From the NCBI GenBank assembly GCA_000004985.1, contig GG738860.1: a DNA stretch of 64,000 bases; one strand, written 5' to 3'. The number at the start of each line of letters is the position of its first letter. The first letter of the stretch is position 1. Positions 1 to 12,112 of the stretch are shown here, piece after piece. The notes under the pieces are model-generated. The model worked only from the letters and a program-made list of their open reading frames with translations, was not told the origin of the DNA and did no database searches. The stretch comes from Naegleria gruberi (Eukaryota). A program made the position numbers and the translations under genes.

Positions 1-161
1 TACGGTTTTTTTAAAAGATTTTCTTAAACAATCCAGCTATTAATAAGAAGATTTTTATTAACAGGTTGCTTCGCCAAGTTGATATTTGTGGTTCCACATG
101 TTTTAATACAGAGCTAGAGAAAATGCAATAATTTAAGTTTTAATAATAAATATATAAATAA

Positions 162-2941
162 TTAATAAGTTCCTTGATACATTTCATCAATATATGTTCT
201 GTACTTTTGAACAATATTGTTACGTTTAAGCTTGAAAGCAGCTGTTAAGAGATCGTTTTCAGGTGACCAAACATCATCAAAGACACGAATGGCCTTAATT
301 TCTTCATATCTCTTAAGCTTGTAGGTCTTAGCCAATTCTTCCAATGATTTCAAGATGTGTTGTTGGACCTTTGGATGTTTACAAATTTCAGAGAAGGTAC
401 CAGTAATGCCATTTTCTTCAGCAAATCTCTTGGTTGGACCTGGTTGAGCGATGACAATGGCAACAGGGAATGAACCGAAGCTGTCTCCATAGACCATGAT
501 ACCATTTGGTGCAACGTATGGACAACCGTTATAGATACTCTCCAATCTTTCCAAAGCAATATATTCACCATGGGATAACTTGACTAAATTCTTAACACGA
601 TCAATAATTGAAATTGTACCATCCTCATTCCTAAAAAGTTGAATTGTTGAAAAGTAAAAGGTCAAATTAGTATTCAAAAAGAAATGTAAACCTACAATTG
701 ACCAACATCTCCTGTCAAGAAGTATCCATCTTCCATGAATGCTTCCTTTGTCTTTTCAGGTTGCTTATAGTAACCTAGGGCGACAGAGTTACCTCTGATG
801 GCAATCTCTCCTCTTGGTACTGGGCTATCTGCCAAATAATTCAAGTGTGGAACTGAGATTAATTTGATTTCAACACATGGAACAACAACACCAGCAACAT
901 TGGTTTGGAATTTAGCTTCTGGCATTAAAATGACCTAAAGAAATGTTAAATCTTCTCTCCACGATAAATCTTCTACTTACACCTGCAGCACTAGTCTCAG
1001 TAAGACCATATCCTTGGAAGGTACTGGCTCCAAAGCAAACTCTGAAGAATTCTTGACTTTGTTTTGAAAGTGGAGCACCTCCAGAAAGGCATCCTACCAA
1101 TCTTCCACCAGCCATACTCTTAATCTTTCTGAAAATCAAAAAGTTGAACAATGGTGTATCTCTTCCATTCTTAAGAGCATTAAGTTTACAATCATAAGCA
1201 GTCTTGAAAAGCCATTGAATGATTGGTGAACCTGCCTTAATCTTTTCAGAAACACCCTTCTTAATGGTGTCGTATCTGTATGAAAGATATAATAATAAGG
1301 ACATTAGTCGCATATAAAATCATTTCGCACAAACAATCGCAGATTTAAATTAACCAAAAAAAAGCTTGAAAACTTACACTCTTGGTACACCACAAAATAT
1401 TCTTCCGTAATAAATTGAAAAAAATGTACGAAAGATAGTTAAGCACAAATTGACAATATCAGCCACTACTTACTGAGGTGCTACAGCTTCAAGATCACCA
1501 ACAGGTCTGGCAGTCTAATTATTTGAAGTGAATTATGAAACATTGAAATGTTAATAATTATCAAAAAACACTACTTGCCTTAGTTGTAAGAGTTTTGGAG
1601 TTTCCGTATCCGATTTTTCCTGTTTTATGAATGTTGTGAAGTAAACGTGATTTGGTGTGGAATTTGGTAAATAATGATATTGTTGTAACATTTTACATTC
1701 TTTTGAATACTACTACTTACCTCCAAGACCCAAGATGTAATGTTCAGCAGCCATTTCCAAAATGTGAGAAAGTGGAAGATATCCCAAATAAGTCTAGTAT
1801 TACTGTAATGAGCAATCAATTTTAAAATGAGATACTTACTCTATTGTCACATTATTAATAATGGTGAAAAACTGAAATACTTACGGATTCTTGACGTGTG
1901 GCAAACCAAATTGCTCACGTGCACCCACGGAAATCGAAAGTATATTTTTTGCTGTTAGCATTACACCTTTTGGCTAATGATTAGAATACAAATAGATTAG
2001 ATCTGTAAATAATAATTCATAATTACCTTTGAAGTAGTTCCGGAAGTGTACATGACAACAGTCAAACTATCACCTCTTTGTTCTTCCTTAACTGGAATTG
2101 GATTTGTTTCTTGTTTTCCTAATTCTTCAACTTCTTCAAAGGACAAAACAGAAACACCATTCTTTTCCAATTCAGCAATATGCTTTTGAGTTTCTTCCTT
2201 CTTACCTTCCCAAGATGATGCATAGATGAGGTACTTTAAAGTTGGAGTATTTGGAGTAATTTGATAGGCAAGCTTTTTCAATGATGCTTCATTAACTAAC
2301 ATGGCTGGAAGTTCACATTCATTAACAGCCTCAATGAGTGATTCATCACCCAAAGTAGAGTAAACTGTCATTACAGTAATGTTGTATCTCATGCAAGCGT
2401 GGAGAGTCATTAACCATTCCTTACGAGTTTCTTCAAAGATACCAAAAAAGTCCTTAGAGTTCAAGCCAGTGAAACGTGCAATACCACGTGAAAGATTAAT
2501 AATTCTACTATAGATTTGATTGTAGGTTTCATACTTGACATCGTCAAAGTGGAAAACTTCCCAGTCCTTACCATCAAGCTTTTCAACAGACTTATTCTTG
2601 AAAGTACGACTACCAAGCATTGGCAAATCACCAAATTGTTTAACAACATGATCCAACAGTCCGTTGAGTGTAGTTACACCAGGAACTGGAGTGCTAATTA
2701 ATTCCTTTTCATAGCCAACTCTTCTGATTGGCTTTGTTTCTTCACCAGGTTTATAGTTTGGATCATCGACTTGAACAGTATAGGATTTCAAGTGATCAAA
2801 TCTTCCTCTCAAGTCAGCAGGTAAGAAATCCTTACCAAACAAGATTCTAAAGATGATGTAGCAGAAGCGATCCACCAAAGACAAGATGAAGGCGATAATT
2901 TTCAACAGAAGTGATTTTATCATTTTTTTTTGAAAGTTCAT
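162..2941 (-). CDS. long-chain fatty-acid--CoA ligase (ACSL-type acyl-CoA synthetase), about 9 exons
   Basis: AMP-binding signature YTSGTTSK|PKGV is split by a 50-nt intron. Other family motifs: YLGYLPLSHILE, FCGVPRV, GYGLTETS, GDVGQL|NEDGTISIIDRVKN, GEYIALE. Exons phased by hand: 2941-2027, 1976-1896 (or -1885), 1793-1721, 1619-1572, 1513-1474, 1401-1378, 1275-981, 934-696, 630-162. All junctions are GT..AG. The junction after exon 2 is ambiguous (see findings). Confidence 0.85.
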
Positions 2942-3661
2942 TTACTCAATTTTCCTGTTACCCCTATGTGAAAGCAAACAAGATTTGAAAGAGAGACAAG
3001 ATTTGTCAAGTCATTGTAAAGCCTCGTCCAATGATCCTCGCCATTGATTATCCAATAAATTAGCAGCAAAGGAAAAACCTTTTTGAAAACAGATAATCCC
3101 ATGTCCAGCATGGTTCAAAAATGGTGGTACTGGAAAGATGAAAAATGCATTGGTTCAATGATTACAAACGTATTATTGAAACATCTTCATGGTTGAGAGG
3201 TTCCATCCGCAATCTTCTCTAAAACCAAATTAAGATTGGACAGGCATTTCACCAACTACAGTTTTCCCTCGATCACCAAGTTTATTAAACGACCTTAGAT
3301 TCTGTCTTGATAGTGATTGATTTCTTTTAATGAATAGATCATGAAAAATGGTTTTTCACGATTACAAATTGATTCCCACAAAAGAAAATATCATGATGCA
3401 TTTAAATAATGTACAACCCAACAATCACTACAGCATTTGAAATCCTATCACTTGTTACAACTTTCAACTCTTATTGAGAAAAGTGACAAACATTCCGATT
3501 TGGCAATATTGAATGAACACAACATTGCAAGTGATAAATTATTCAGATAGCCTTTTTTTCATCAAGGCTTGTTAAAAAGAGGCAATCTTTCATTGACTGA
3601 TTAGGACAACTCAGAGTTGAATAATCTCGAATCAAAAAAACAACACAACACACAACATAAG

Positions 3662-4345
3662 ATGAAAGAGAAAGGGAGAAGTGATGATCAGTCTATTGAA
3701 TCGGAATCAAGCCTTACTTTGAGTGATCGTTTTCATCCCTACAAGAAGAAACAACAGATGACCACCTCTCCTCCTATTCCTTCAAGGCAACTGAACACAA
3801 GTAACAATAGGAGAGTGGAACGATCTCTGATGAATACTCAGAGGATATTTGCATCAACAAGTGATGAGTCAACAGCCTCTTCTTCTCTTCATTTGGAGAA
3901 TTTCAAAAAGGCTATTCACACCACCTACTCTTCATCATCGAGTCAAGAAGAAGTTGTAGAAGCAAAGAATAGATGTATCGAGTTAGACATTTCAAAGGAT
4001 ATCAACCTAGTTAGAGAAGAGGATTTTGAATTTTTGGATAATATTGATTTTTCAGATTGTTTAGAATTAGAAATATTCGATTTTGACCAAAGCAGCTTTA
4101 GTATCAACAAGGCTACATCATTGGATGGTGTAAGCACGAGTTGTCAATCTTCACCAGATATCTTTCTAAAGCCTCGATGTAAAGAACCATCAATTGAGTG
4201 GGATAATCATGATGATGATGACTTGTTTCAAATCATCACACCAACTAGTACTAGTCCTTCCAATAGGGAAATAAGCACATTAGAACTCTTACTTGAAACA
4301 CCTTTGGAAAATCTATTGTATCATAATATAGATAATAACGAATGA
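3662..4345 (+). CDS. hypothetical Ser/Thr-rich acidic protein
   Basis: Open frame 3617-4345. The track start is TTG; the first ATG is at 3662 (MKEKGRSDD...). No recognisable domain; low-complexity S/T/D/E-rich. Confidence 0.45.
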   Translation: MKEKGRSDDQSIESESSLTLSDRFHPYKKKQQMTTSPPIPSRQLNTSNNRRVERSLMNTQRIFASTSDESTASSSLHLENFKKAIHTTYSSSSSQEEVVEAKNRCIELDISKDINLVREEDFEFLDNIDFSDCLELEIFDFDQSSFSINKATSLDGVSTSCQSSPDIFLKPRCKEPSIEWDNHDDDDLFQIITPTSTSPSNREISTLELLLETPLENLLYHNIDNNE

Positions 4346-4439
4346 AAATAAAGCAATTCTCTTCAATTAAATATTTTAAATAATATATTAATTCAAATTA
4401 TTTTAGAAATTAAAATTGAAAATAATTCAATCAAAAAAA

Positions 4440-4664
4440 ATGGTCACAAAAAGAGATATCCTCTCCCTCTACCGAAGGATTTTAAAAACCGGAAATGAAA
4501 CAATCAGATTTACCAACAAGGAATACTTCAAAAGAAGAGTAAGAGAAGAATTTGAAATGGCTGAAGAAATTGTCGGAGATAAGAAACAAAGAGATTTAAT
4601 TAGAGACAAAATGTATGGCAAAGGAGTTGAATTTTTGGAAAAGAAAATTGGTGGAATTATTTAA
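4440..4664 (+). CDS. LYR-motif (Complex1_LYR / LYRM family) small protein
   Basis: The first ATG at 4440 gives MVTKRDILSLYRRILKTG... with the LYR tripeptide followed by a basic helix and a downstream F (KEYFKRRVREEF). About 74 aa, typical of the LYRM family. Confidence 0.6.
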   Translation: MVTKRDILSLYRRILKTGNETIRFTNKEYFKRRVREEFEMAEEIVGDKKQRDLIRDKMYGKGVEFLEKKIGGII

Positions 4665-4722
4665 ATTATATTTGTGATGATGAGAAAATGGTTAAAACAT
4701 GTTTTACAAGTGTTTTAGATTT

Positions 4723-6489
4723 TTACTTTCTCTTTTTTGAAGATCTTTGAGAGTTATCTGAAGAATCGGAACTTCTCTTCTTGTCTTGTTTCGTTTTCAA
4801 TAAACCTTTGGTTGGTGAAAATGTTAAATCGACTGGTAAACTTGGAACAATATCCTTCTTATTGAAAGTTTTAACTTGATTCTTTTCGAGGTCAATTATA
4901 ACCTTCTTCTTTTCTTGTTTTTCTTCAGAAGAGGTAGCAGTACTTGTGATTGGCTTCTTGTCCTTGAGCAGCTTTTTCACGGATTTCACCTTACTTAACA
5001 ATTGATTACGTTTCTTTTCTTCAGCAGCAGCTTCTTCTCTTTCCTTTTGTTCCTTTTCTAATTGAACTTTCTTTTCTTGTTCCAATCTTTCTTGTTCTAA
5101 TTTTTCTTGCTTTTTCTTTTCCTCTTCTTCCTTCTTCTTTTGTTCGGTTGCCTTACTATTATCCTTCTTTTGTTTCTTTTCTTGTGGCGTTGTTTCTACT
5201 TTCTTTTCAGTTTGTTTCTTTTCAGGTTGTTGCTTCTTTTCTTGTGGTTTCTTATTTTCATTAACTTGTTGAGCTTTCTTTTCTTGTTGTTTCTTCTTCC
5301 TTTCAATCTTAGCTTGTTCTTTTTGAGATACAGTAGTTTCAACTTCTTCCAATTCAGAATATAAATCATCGAGAGTAATAATTCTAGTCTTGAATTTTTC
5401 ATAGTATTCAACACAGACATCCGAGTTTTCATATCCAGTCTTGTATTTTTCGAATTCCTTGACAATACGTTCGATATTGACAGGTAAAGGTCTATCTTTA
5501 ACAATTTGTCTGACATTACCAAATTCATCAAGTGGTAAATCTTCATCATCATCTTCATCATCTTCCATAGCATCTCCATTTTCTTCGGTTTCTTCCTCCT
5601 CTTCCTCTTCTTCAGGTTTACTTTCACCTTCAACTGATTGATATTGAGCAAGTAAATCGAACATTTCTTCCTTGTATGTCTTTTTGATACTGTTATTTTC
5701 TGTAGAGGCAAAATCTTTGATGAAGAATTGGACGAATTTCATCAATGCATCTTCATTGAGATGATAGTCAGAATCATTTTCAACTTGAGGACCACCATAT
5801 TGAACCAATTCCAAGAAGAATAATTCTGCAATGTGAATTTGCAAAGATGCTAATAATTTACGTTCCTCATTATTGAAAATACCATCTTCTAAAATGAATT
5901 CAATAAATTCCTCAACTGCTTCTAGTTTGTATTGAGCTGTCTTGTTCAAAAACACGAATGCTTGTTGCATTACTTTTCTCACTAACATTAAATATTTGTC
6001 CATTCTGTGTTTGTCAAGTCTTGGCCATGTTTCAAAGAGTTCATCAAAGAAAGCTCTCAAAAAGGCAATAGGTAATTCGTGTGGAGATGATTCGCCTCCC
6101 TTCACGTGGTGAATACATTCTGCCAAGAGTTGAGCCATTTCGTGTTGTTTAAATTCACCATCACACAGCCAAAATCCGTACAATGCACCTTTCCACAATT
6201 TTCTAAAATCAATAAAATTAGTATCAAGATCCAACTTGTTGAATTTAGTTTCCTTCAAAAATGTTGGGAATCTTTCGGCAGCTCTTGTTCTAAAACCTTC
6301 ATCGGTAGCAGCAAGATCCTTGGTGAGTTTTACTACATTTTCTCTATGGATTTTTAATTGTTCCTCTGTGAATGTATTTTCCTCAACTTTGGATTCCGAT
6401 TTGCTTATCTTCTTTTGTTTGTTGTTACCATTAGTGTTATTATTGGCTTGTTTATTGTTGTTGTTATTAGCTTTTGACTTTTTACCCAT
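4723..6489 (-). CDS. nucleolar rRNA-processing protein Nop52/RRP1 homolog with K/E-rich tail
   Basis: Single 588-aa ORF. The N-terminal half has Nop52-type blocks (LWKGALYGFWLCDGEFKQHEMAQLLAECIHHV, FLRAFFDELFETWPRLDKHRMDKYLMLVRKV). The C-terminal half is acidic then K/E-rich low complexity. Confidence 0.7.
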   Translation of the reverse strand: MGKKSKANNNNNKQANNNTNGNNKQKKISKSESKVEENTFTEEQLKIHRENVVKLTKDLAATDEGFRTRAAERFPTFLKETKFNKLDLDTNFIDFRKLWKGALYGFWLCDGEFKQHEMAQLLAECIHHVKGGESSPHELPIAFLRAFFDELFETWPRLDKHRMDKYLMLVRKVMQQAFVFLNKTAQYKLEAVEEFIEFILEDGIFNNEERKLLASLQIHIAELFFLELVQYGGPQVENDSDYHLNEDALMKFVQFFIKDFASTENNSIKKTYKEEMFDLLAQYQSVEGESKPEEEEEEEETEENGDAMEDDEDDDEDLPLDEFGNVRQIVKDRPLPVNIERIVKEFEKYKTGYENSDVCVEYYEKFKTRIITLDDLYSELEEVETTVSQKEQAKIERKKKQQEKKAQQVNENKKPQEKKQQPEKKQTEKKVETTPQEKKQKKDNSKATEQKKKEEEEKKKQEKLEQERLEQEKKVQLEKEQKEREEAAAEEKKRNQLLSKVKSVKKLLKDKKPITSTATSSEEKQEKKKVIIDLEKNQVKTFNKKDIVPSLPVDLTFSPTKGLLKTKQDKKRSSDSSDNSQRSSKKRK

Positions 6490-6771
6490 TTTTTATGCTC
6501 GAACATCATCAACAAATTATTGCAATAATTTTACTTCCTCATTTTTATCAAATTACTTCATCACAATAATTCTGTATCGGAATTTGTGTACTTCAACATT
6601 CACCAAAGGAAATTAGTTGAGTCTATTTGTTATTTCAATGAAACAAAATAGTAATAATAAATACATTTGTTTTCTTGTGATTGGTAGAAGCTATTAATAT
6701 CAACCAATTAAATGTTAAAGAATTCTATTCCAAAGAACACCGCATTCAATAAGAGCTGGCAATTTGCTTGA

Positions 6772-6799
6772 GCGGCAAACTTTGAAAATTAGCGCCAAA
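6772..6799. promoter_or_regulatory. two E2F-like sites (GCGGCAAA, GCGCCAAA) in the Nop52/importin-beta divergent promoter
   Basis: 6772-6779 GCGGCAAA (reverse complement TTTGCCGC) and 6792-6799 GCGCCAAA (reverse complement TTTGGCGC). Both fit TTTSSCGC. They lie 57-84 bp upstream of ATG 6856. Confidence 0.4.
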
Positions 6800-6855
6800 A
6801 AAATTGCAAAAAAAAAATAACACAACAAATAACTTTATAACCCACGAGTAAAAAG

Positions 6856-9597
6856 ATGAACATTCAGGATTTCAGAAACTTGATGGATGTGCTCTCGTCC
6901 AACGATAATCAAGTTCGTCAAAACGCTGAAACCCATCTTGCCAATCTTAAGAATAATGACTTGGTATGTTTTTCATTTAATTGTTTTTATTAATCATTTT
7001 AACGTATTTTATTCTCCTCATCACCAACAATAATTTTTCTAGCCTAAATTTATGATTCTGTTAGTAACAGAACTTGCTGATGAAGCTAGACCAAACCATC
7101 TCAGACAATTGGCCGGTCTCCAACTTAAGAACCTTTTAGAATCCAAAGACTCACAAACAAAACATGCTTTAGAACAACAATGGTCCAGACAAGACGAAGA
7201 AACCAAAAATCAAATTAGAAATCAAGTTTTAGTAACACTCCACTCCACATCACAAGAAGCTAGAAAGACTGCTGCTCAAGTCCTCGCCGAATTTGCTTCT
7301 GTAGACTTGGTGCACAATCAATGGCTGAATGTTATTGAAACTGTCCTTAAAAACATTACCGAACCTTCTACACCTTTTGGTATTCAATCTAGCTTGATGG
7401 CCATTGGTTATCTGTGTGATATGTGTAGAGCCCCAGTTTTAAAGCACCAAACAAACCAAATTCTTACAGCTGTTATTCAAGGTATGAGAGAATCAGCAAA
7501 CAACGATATCAAATTTGCTGCCACACAAGCCTTGTTGAATTGTCTTGTTTTTGTTGAAGAAAACTTTTCAAGAGATGTAAGTATTATTATTATTTGAATC
7601 TTATTAATTCTAACTTTATATAGTCTGAAAGAGATTATATTATGCAAACCGTATGTGCATCAACCCAACTTCCAGACCCAAGAATTAGAGAAGTCGCTTT
7701 TGAATGTTTAGTTAAAATCGGATATTTGTACTATGATAAATTGTCACCATACATGGAAGCCATTTTTGGTGTAAGTAGTAATACTATTTTAACAAATTGA
7801 TATTAATTTATTAAAATATAGATCACAACCAAGGCTTTAACTGACCCTAATGAACAACAAGAAGTCCAATTACAAGCTATTGAATTCTGGACATCATTGG
7901 CTGAAACTGAAGCAATTATTCGTGAAGAAATTGATACTGCAATGGAAAATGATACCGAACCAATTAGACAAAGTTTCAATATTATTCTCCAAGCTCTTGC
8001 ACCATTAGTTGAACTTATGACTAAATGTCTTACAAGACAAGAAGAATATCAAGAAGATGGTGATATGTGTGTCAGTAATTATGCTTCAAATTGTATTGCT
8101 GCTATGGCCACTGTTGCTCAAGAAACAATTGTTGACCAAATTATGCCATTCGTTTCATCAAATATTAATAATCCAGATTGGCACTTTAAGGAAGCTGCTA
8201 CTTTGGCATTTTCTGCAATTTTGGATGGTCCAAGAAGAGGTGAAAGAATGAATGAACTTATCAACTCTGCCCTTCCATTCATTATGAGTCATGTTAATGA
8301 TGCAAACACTCTTGTCAAAGATACTTCAGTTTTTGCTCTTGGTAGAATTGCTGAATTCCATCCAGATCCATTGGTTGAAAATCATTTGGAAAATGTCCTC
8401 AAGACTCTTACAATTGCCTTCCAAGATGAAGCTCGTATTTGTAGTAAGGCTTGTTGGACTATTTTGCACATTGCAGAAGCTTTCTCAACTGATGATGATA
8501 GAGCTTCTTATCCACTTTCACAATACTTTAAGATTTTGGCTGAAATGCTCTTACAAGCTACTCTTAGACAAGATGCTTCTGAAAGCAATTTGAGAATCAA
8601 TGCTTATGAAGCTTTATCTGCTCTTGTTCACAGTGCTGCTAGAGATACCTATGAAATTTTGTCACACATTGTTGTTGAATTGTTGAATAGACTTGAACAA
8701 ACTCTTAACCACAGCCAAACTGAAGAAATCTGCTTGATTCAAGGTTTGATGTGTGGTGCTCTTCAAGTTTCTGCTAGAAAGCTCGAATTTAGAATTGTTC
8801 CAACTGCTGATAGAATCATGACCTTCTTGTTGAGAATCTTTGAATCTAAAAGCGCTAATGTTCATGAAGAAGCCTTCCTTGCTGTTGGTGCTGTCGCTGC
8901 TGCCCTTTCTAATGAATTCGACAGATATATGCCTCACTTTTTACCATTCTTATTGACTGGTTTGCAAACATTCCAATACGAACAAATCTGTCTTATCTGT
9001 GTCAACGTTATTGGTGATTTATGTATTGCTTTGAGAGACAAGCTTGCTTCTTATACTGATGCAATCATGGAAGTTCTTTTGAAGAATTTGCAAAACTCTG
9101 AATTGCAAAGAGATGTCAAACCAAACATTATTGCCTCTTTTGGTGATATTGCTCTTGCCATTGGTGTCAGATTTGAAAAATACATGAATTATGTTGGTAC
9201 TGTTTTGAGACAAGCTTGTGAAGCTCATGTTGATGCCACCAACGATGAAATGATTGATTATCTTAATCTTTTGAGAGAAAATATTTTCGAAGCCTATGTT
9301 GGTATTTTACTTGGCTTCAAGAAGGAAAATCCACAACTCTTTATTCCATATGTTGAATCAGTGTTAACCTTTGTCAAGATTGTCTATGAAGATCAAAATA
9401 CTGACCAACCTGTTTTCAATGCTGCTGTTTCTATCGTTAGTGACTTGGCTAATGTTTACGGTGTTGCCATCAAAGGTCCTATGCAACAAGAATTTATTAG
9501 AAATCTTGTCGAAGATGCAGTCAATTCAGCTGAATCAGAGACAAGAAAGATTGGTAATAAGGCTAAGAAGAACTTGAAGAAGATTACTCTCCTCTAA
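6856..9597 (+). CDS. importin subunit beta (karyopherin beta-1), 4 exons
   Basis: Exons 6856-6963, 7043-7576, 7624-7770, 7822-9597, all phase 0 with GTATGT/GTAAGT donors and introns of 47-79 nt. N-terminus MNIQDFRNLMDVLSSNDNQVRQNAETHLANL... and RQLAGLQLKN, with HEAT-repeat character throughout, match importin-beta. Confidence 0.85.
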
Positions 9598-9912
9598 ACT
9601 AGTCCATAACAGTGTTTCCACTCCACCCAAATAAGGAGGCACAACAACCTCCAAACCACTCCACCACACTTAACACAAACACATCCACAATCAAAATGGC
9701 ATACTCAATTCGGTCAGATGATGCCTCTAATCCCCCCTCGCCTTTGAATAATTTATAAGTTATACCACCATCCATGTCCCAATCCATTCCATCCACTAAA
9801 CTATCACCACCAAATAATAGTCAAATTATTAAAATAATAACTTGACAGAGCACTCAAATAAACACCACATCCACACATTAAATCATACATCAAAACCATA
9901 CTATTTACACAA

Positions 9913-10485
9913 TTATAATTTATTGACCACACAGTCAATCAATTGAGCCATAACAAGTCTCCCTACTTTGGGCTCTTTCAGTCTTGACAGAAACTCCTTG
10001 GAAAATGCAATACACAATACTAGAGGTTTTTCCAAAACTTGTGTTGGCATTGGAGGTTCCATCATTCCAAATGCTGGTTTGACTGGTTTTGGTTGATACA
10101 AATCTTCAATTAATTTTCTAGCAAATATTGTTTCAATATCAAGGTAAGTCTCTCCCATTGGATGATCCAAAGAAGGAGCTCTTTTTCCAAATAATGTTCT
10201 AATTGAATAGGTAGGTTCAGGTATGTGATCATAATCATCCAGTGGCTCTTCCATAGTGTTGGAAATTGTCATTGTTAGTGCTGATGCATCCTTTTCAGCT
10301 TTAATTACAGTTCCGATCAAGGAATCTAATTGCGAAATTAAAAATACAATTTTATCAGCAAAGACCATTCTTACTACTTCTGTTTTATAGTTAGAATCAA
10401 TACTAAAAGCCTTGTTGATCACATGAATCGGAAATAATCTTTGATCTTGTGCTGATGATATTTCGTGAAGATAATCTGTTGACAT
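9913..10485 (-). CDS. hypothetical protein (weak PAC3/PSMG3 proteasome-assembly-chaperone-like pattern)
   Basis: Clean 190-aa ATG ORF. The block TEVVRMVFADKIVFLISQLDSLIGTVI and the C-terminal PLVLCIAFSK...LIDCV loosely resemble PSMG3. This cannot be verified without a profile search. Confidence 0.4.
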   Translation of the reverse strand: MSTDYLHEISSAQDQRLFPIHVINKAFSIDSNYKTEVVRMVFADKIVFLISQLDSLIGTVIKAEKDASALTMTISNTMEEPLDDYDHIPEPTYSIRTLFGKRAPSLDHPMGETYLDIETIFARKLIEDLYQPKPVKPAFGMMEPPMPTQVLEKPLVLCIAFSKEFLSRLKEPKVGRLVMAQLIDCVVNKL

Positions 10486-10515
10486 TTTTTCAAAATAATA
10501 TTTAATTTCAAAAAA

Positions 10516-12107
10516 ATGATTAAAAGTAAAAGTTTAATTTCTAGTGTTCGGAACTTTAACCATCAATTTAGAGTGAAGGGATTAATTAATTCATGTTTGA
10601 AAATTAATGCAAATTTTAATAGTCAACACGAATCAACCTTCCGATTTTTTTCTTCATCATCAATGAATAGAAATCGAAATGATGATTTTCTTTACATATT
10701 GAAAATTAGAGGACAAGAACAACCAAATAATTGTGATTCTTTGAGAAAGTTTCCAACTCTTTATTTGGTGGTTGCCCTTTTGGTAGCTGGCTATTCCTAT
10801 TCAATTATTTCATCCCTTCTTTCGTGTAAGTAAATCACCCATATTCTCTGAAAATTCACACAACAAATAAGCTGATATGGTTTTGGATAAGATGATTCAG
10901 GAAGAGAATGGAGAAATTAATTTACAAAAGGCCTCTATCATGCCACTCAGTTGTAAGTTATTACTTGTAATATTTTGTAATCATTTAATGGAATTTTATA
11001 GTATTTGCCCTGTTGAAAATTAAAGAAAAGTATATGGGCAATATTGAGAAAGATCTCGAGTCAAACGATGCAATTAAGAGAAGGAATGCCATTCAAATGA
11101 TTTATCAAATGTGTTTGGATAGATCATTGGCTAAATCAATAATTTTGGAAACTAATTGTCTTGAACGTTTGGTAAATCTGGTACCATACGATAAACAATC
11201 AAACGTATCAAGAGATGAGAGTGACCTAATTATTGGAGTTTTGAAAATGATGAGCTCTATTGAAAATACTCACGAATTCTTATTGGATAATCTTAGTAAA
11301 TGGGTTAAACCATATAGAATACGAAAGGAGTTGCACTCTATAGAGGCATTGGATAATAATTATATTACAATTATATACAATATTCTATCTACACAAAAAT
11401 CCAGACAATTATTAACTGACGAAAGGATTGAGAAACTAATTCAATTGACATTTGAAATATCCAAGGCAAGCACAGATAAGAGAGTGATAAACTTGGCAAA
11501 TTATTCCACTGAAATGCTTGTTAGACAATCTAAGGGAGAACCAGATGATGGTCAAGCAGATTCACTCATGAAAGATTATACTGAAAAGTATGAAATTTTC
11601 AAATTCCTTTCAAACAACATCTCACTTCCATTGCTAGCCTTTGGTTATGCCTTTTTGAGATATAAATGGAGAATTAATAGACAAGGATACAATCATTTTG
11701 GATTCAAGGCTCAAAATCTCAATACACTGTCAATTTACAACTCGTTGAAGAGTGCAGTGGTTGTAAGTGCAATGGCATGGTCTGTAACTTCTTTGGATTT
11801 TTTCGAGTATAGACAGGGGTTGAAAGATCACTCTAATTGCTCAACCAATGAGGAGCTATTTAACAGACTCAAGACTAGGGCATATAGACAGGAAGTTGAA
11901 AAGGTAGCTCAAAACTTCTTGTTCCCATTATTCTTGGCATGGGTTTTGGGTAGAGTGGAATTTATCATACTACCATACATTTTACTTCAGGCAAGCAGTT
12001 CATCTAAACCAAGTAGTTTATTAGAAAATTTAATAGATCTTCCCCCTCAGTATGTAGAATCTCAATTGAATTATATTCAAACAAGCATTGAGACTGAAAA
12101 GAAATAA
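10516..12107 (+). CDS. hypothetical membrane-anchored armadillo-like protein, 3 exons
   Basis: ATG 10516 sits in an AAAAAAATG context. Exon 1 (10516-10825) ends at a GTAAGT donor, and a 46-nt intron joins in frame to 10872-10952. A second intron (10953-11001) leads to 11002-12107. There is a TM segment LYLVVALLVAGYSYSIISSLL, then ARM-like helices (AIKRRNAIQMIYQMCLD...LERLVNLV) and C-terminal hydrophobic segments. An alternative start is ATG 10877. Confidence 0.55.
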
Positions 12108-12112
12108 ACCCT

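Noticed and set aside
1572-1578. Apparent GC-AG intron (GCAAGT donor) in the ACSL gene
   Set aside because: It resulted from my own mis-transcription of the next exon. With the correct sequence, a normal GT donor (A|GTGTTT, exon ending at 1572) is in phase.
5107-5711. Alternative-frame and antisense ORFs (L/F-rich, S-rich, K/R-rich) inside the Nop52 gene
   Set aside because: They are low-complexity mirror images of the K/E/D-rich coding repeat and have no independent support.
9599-9796. 65-aa minus-strand ORF (MDGMDWDMDGG...)
   Set aside because: It lies in the CA-rich convergent 3' spacer, has a skew-driven G/W/D composition, has no good start context, and lies downstream of the neighbouring gene's stop.
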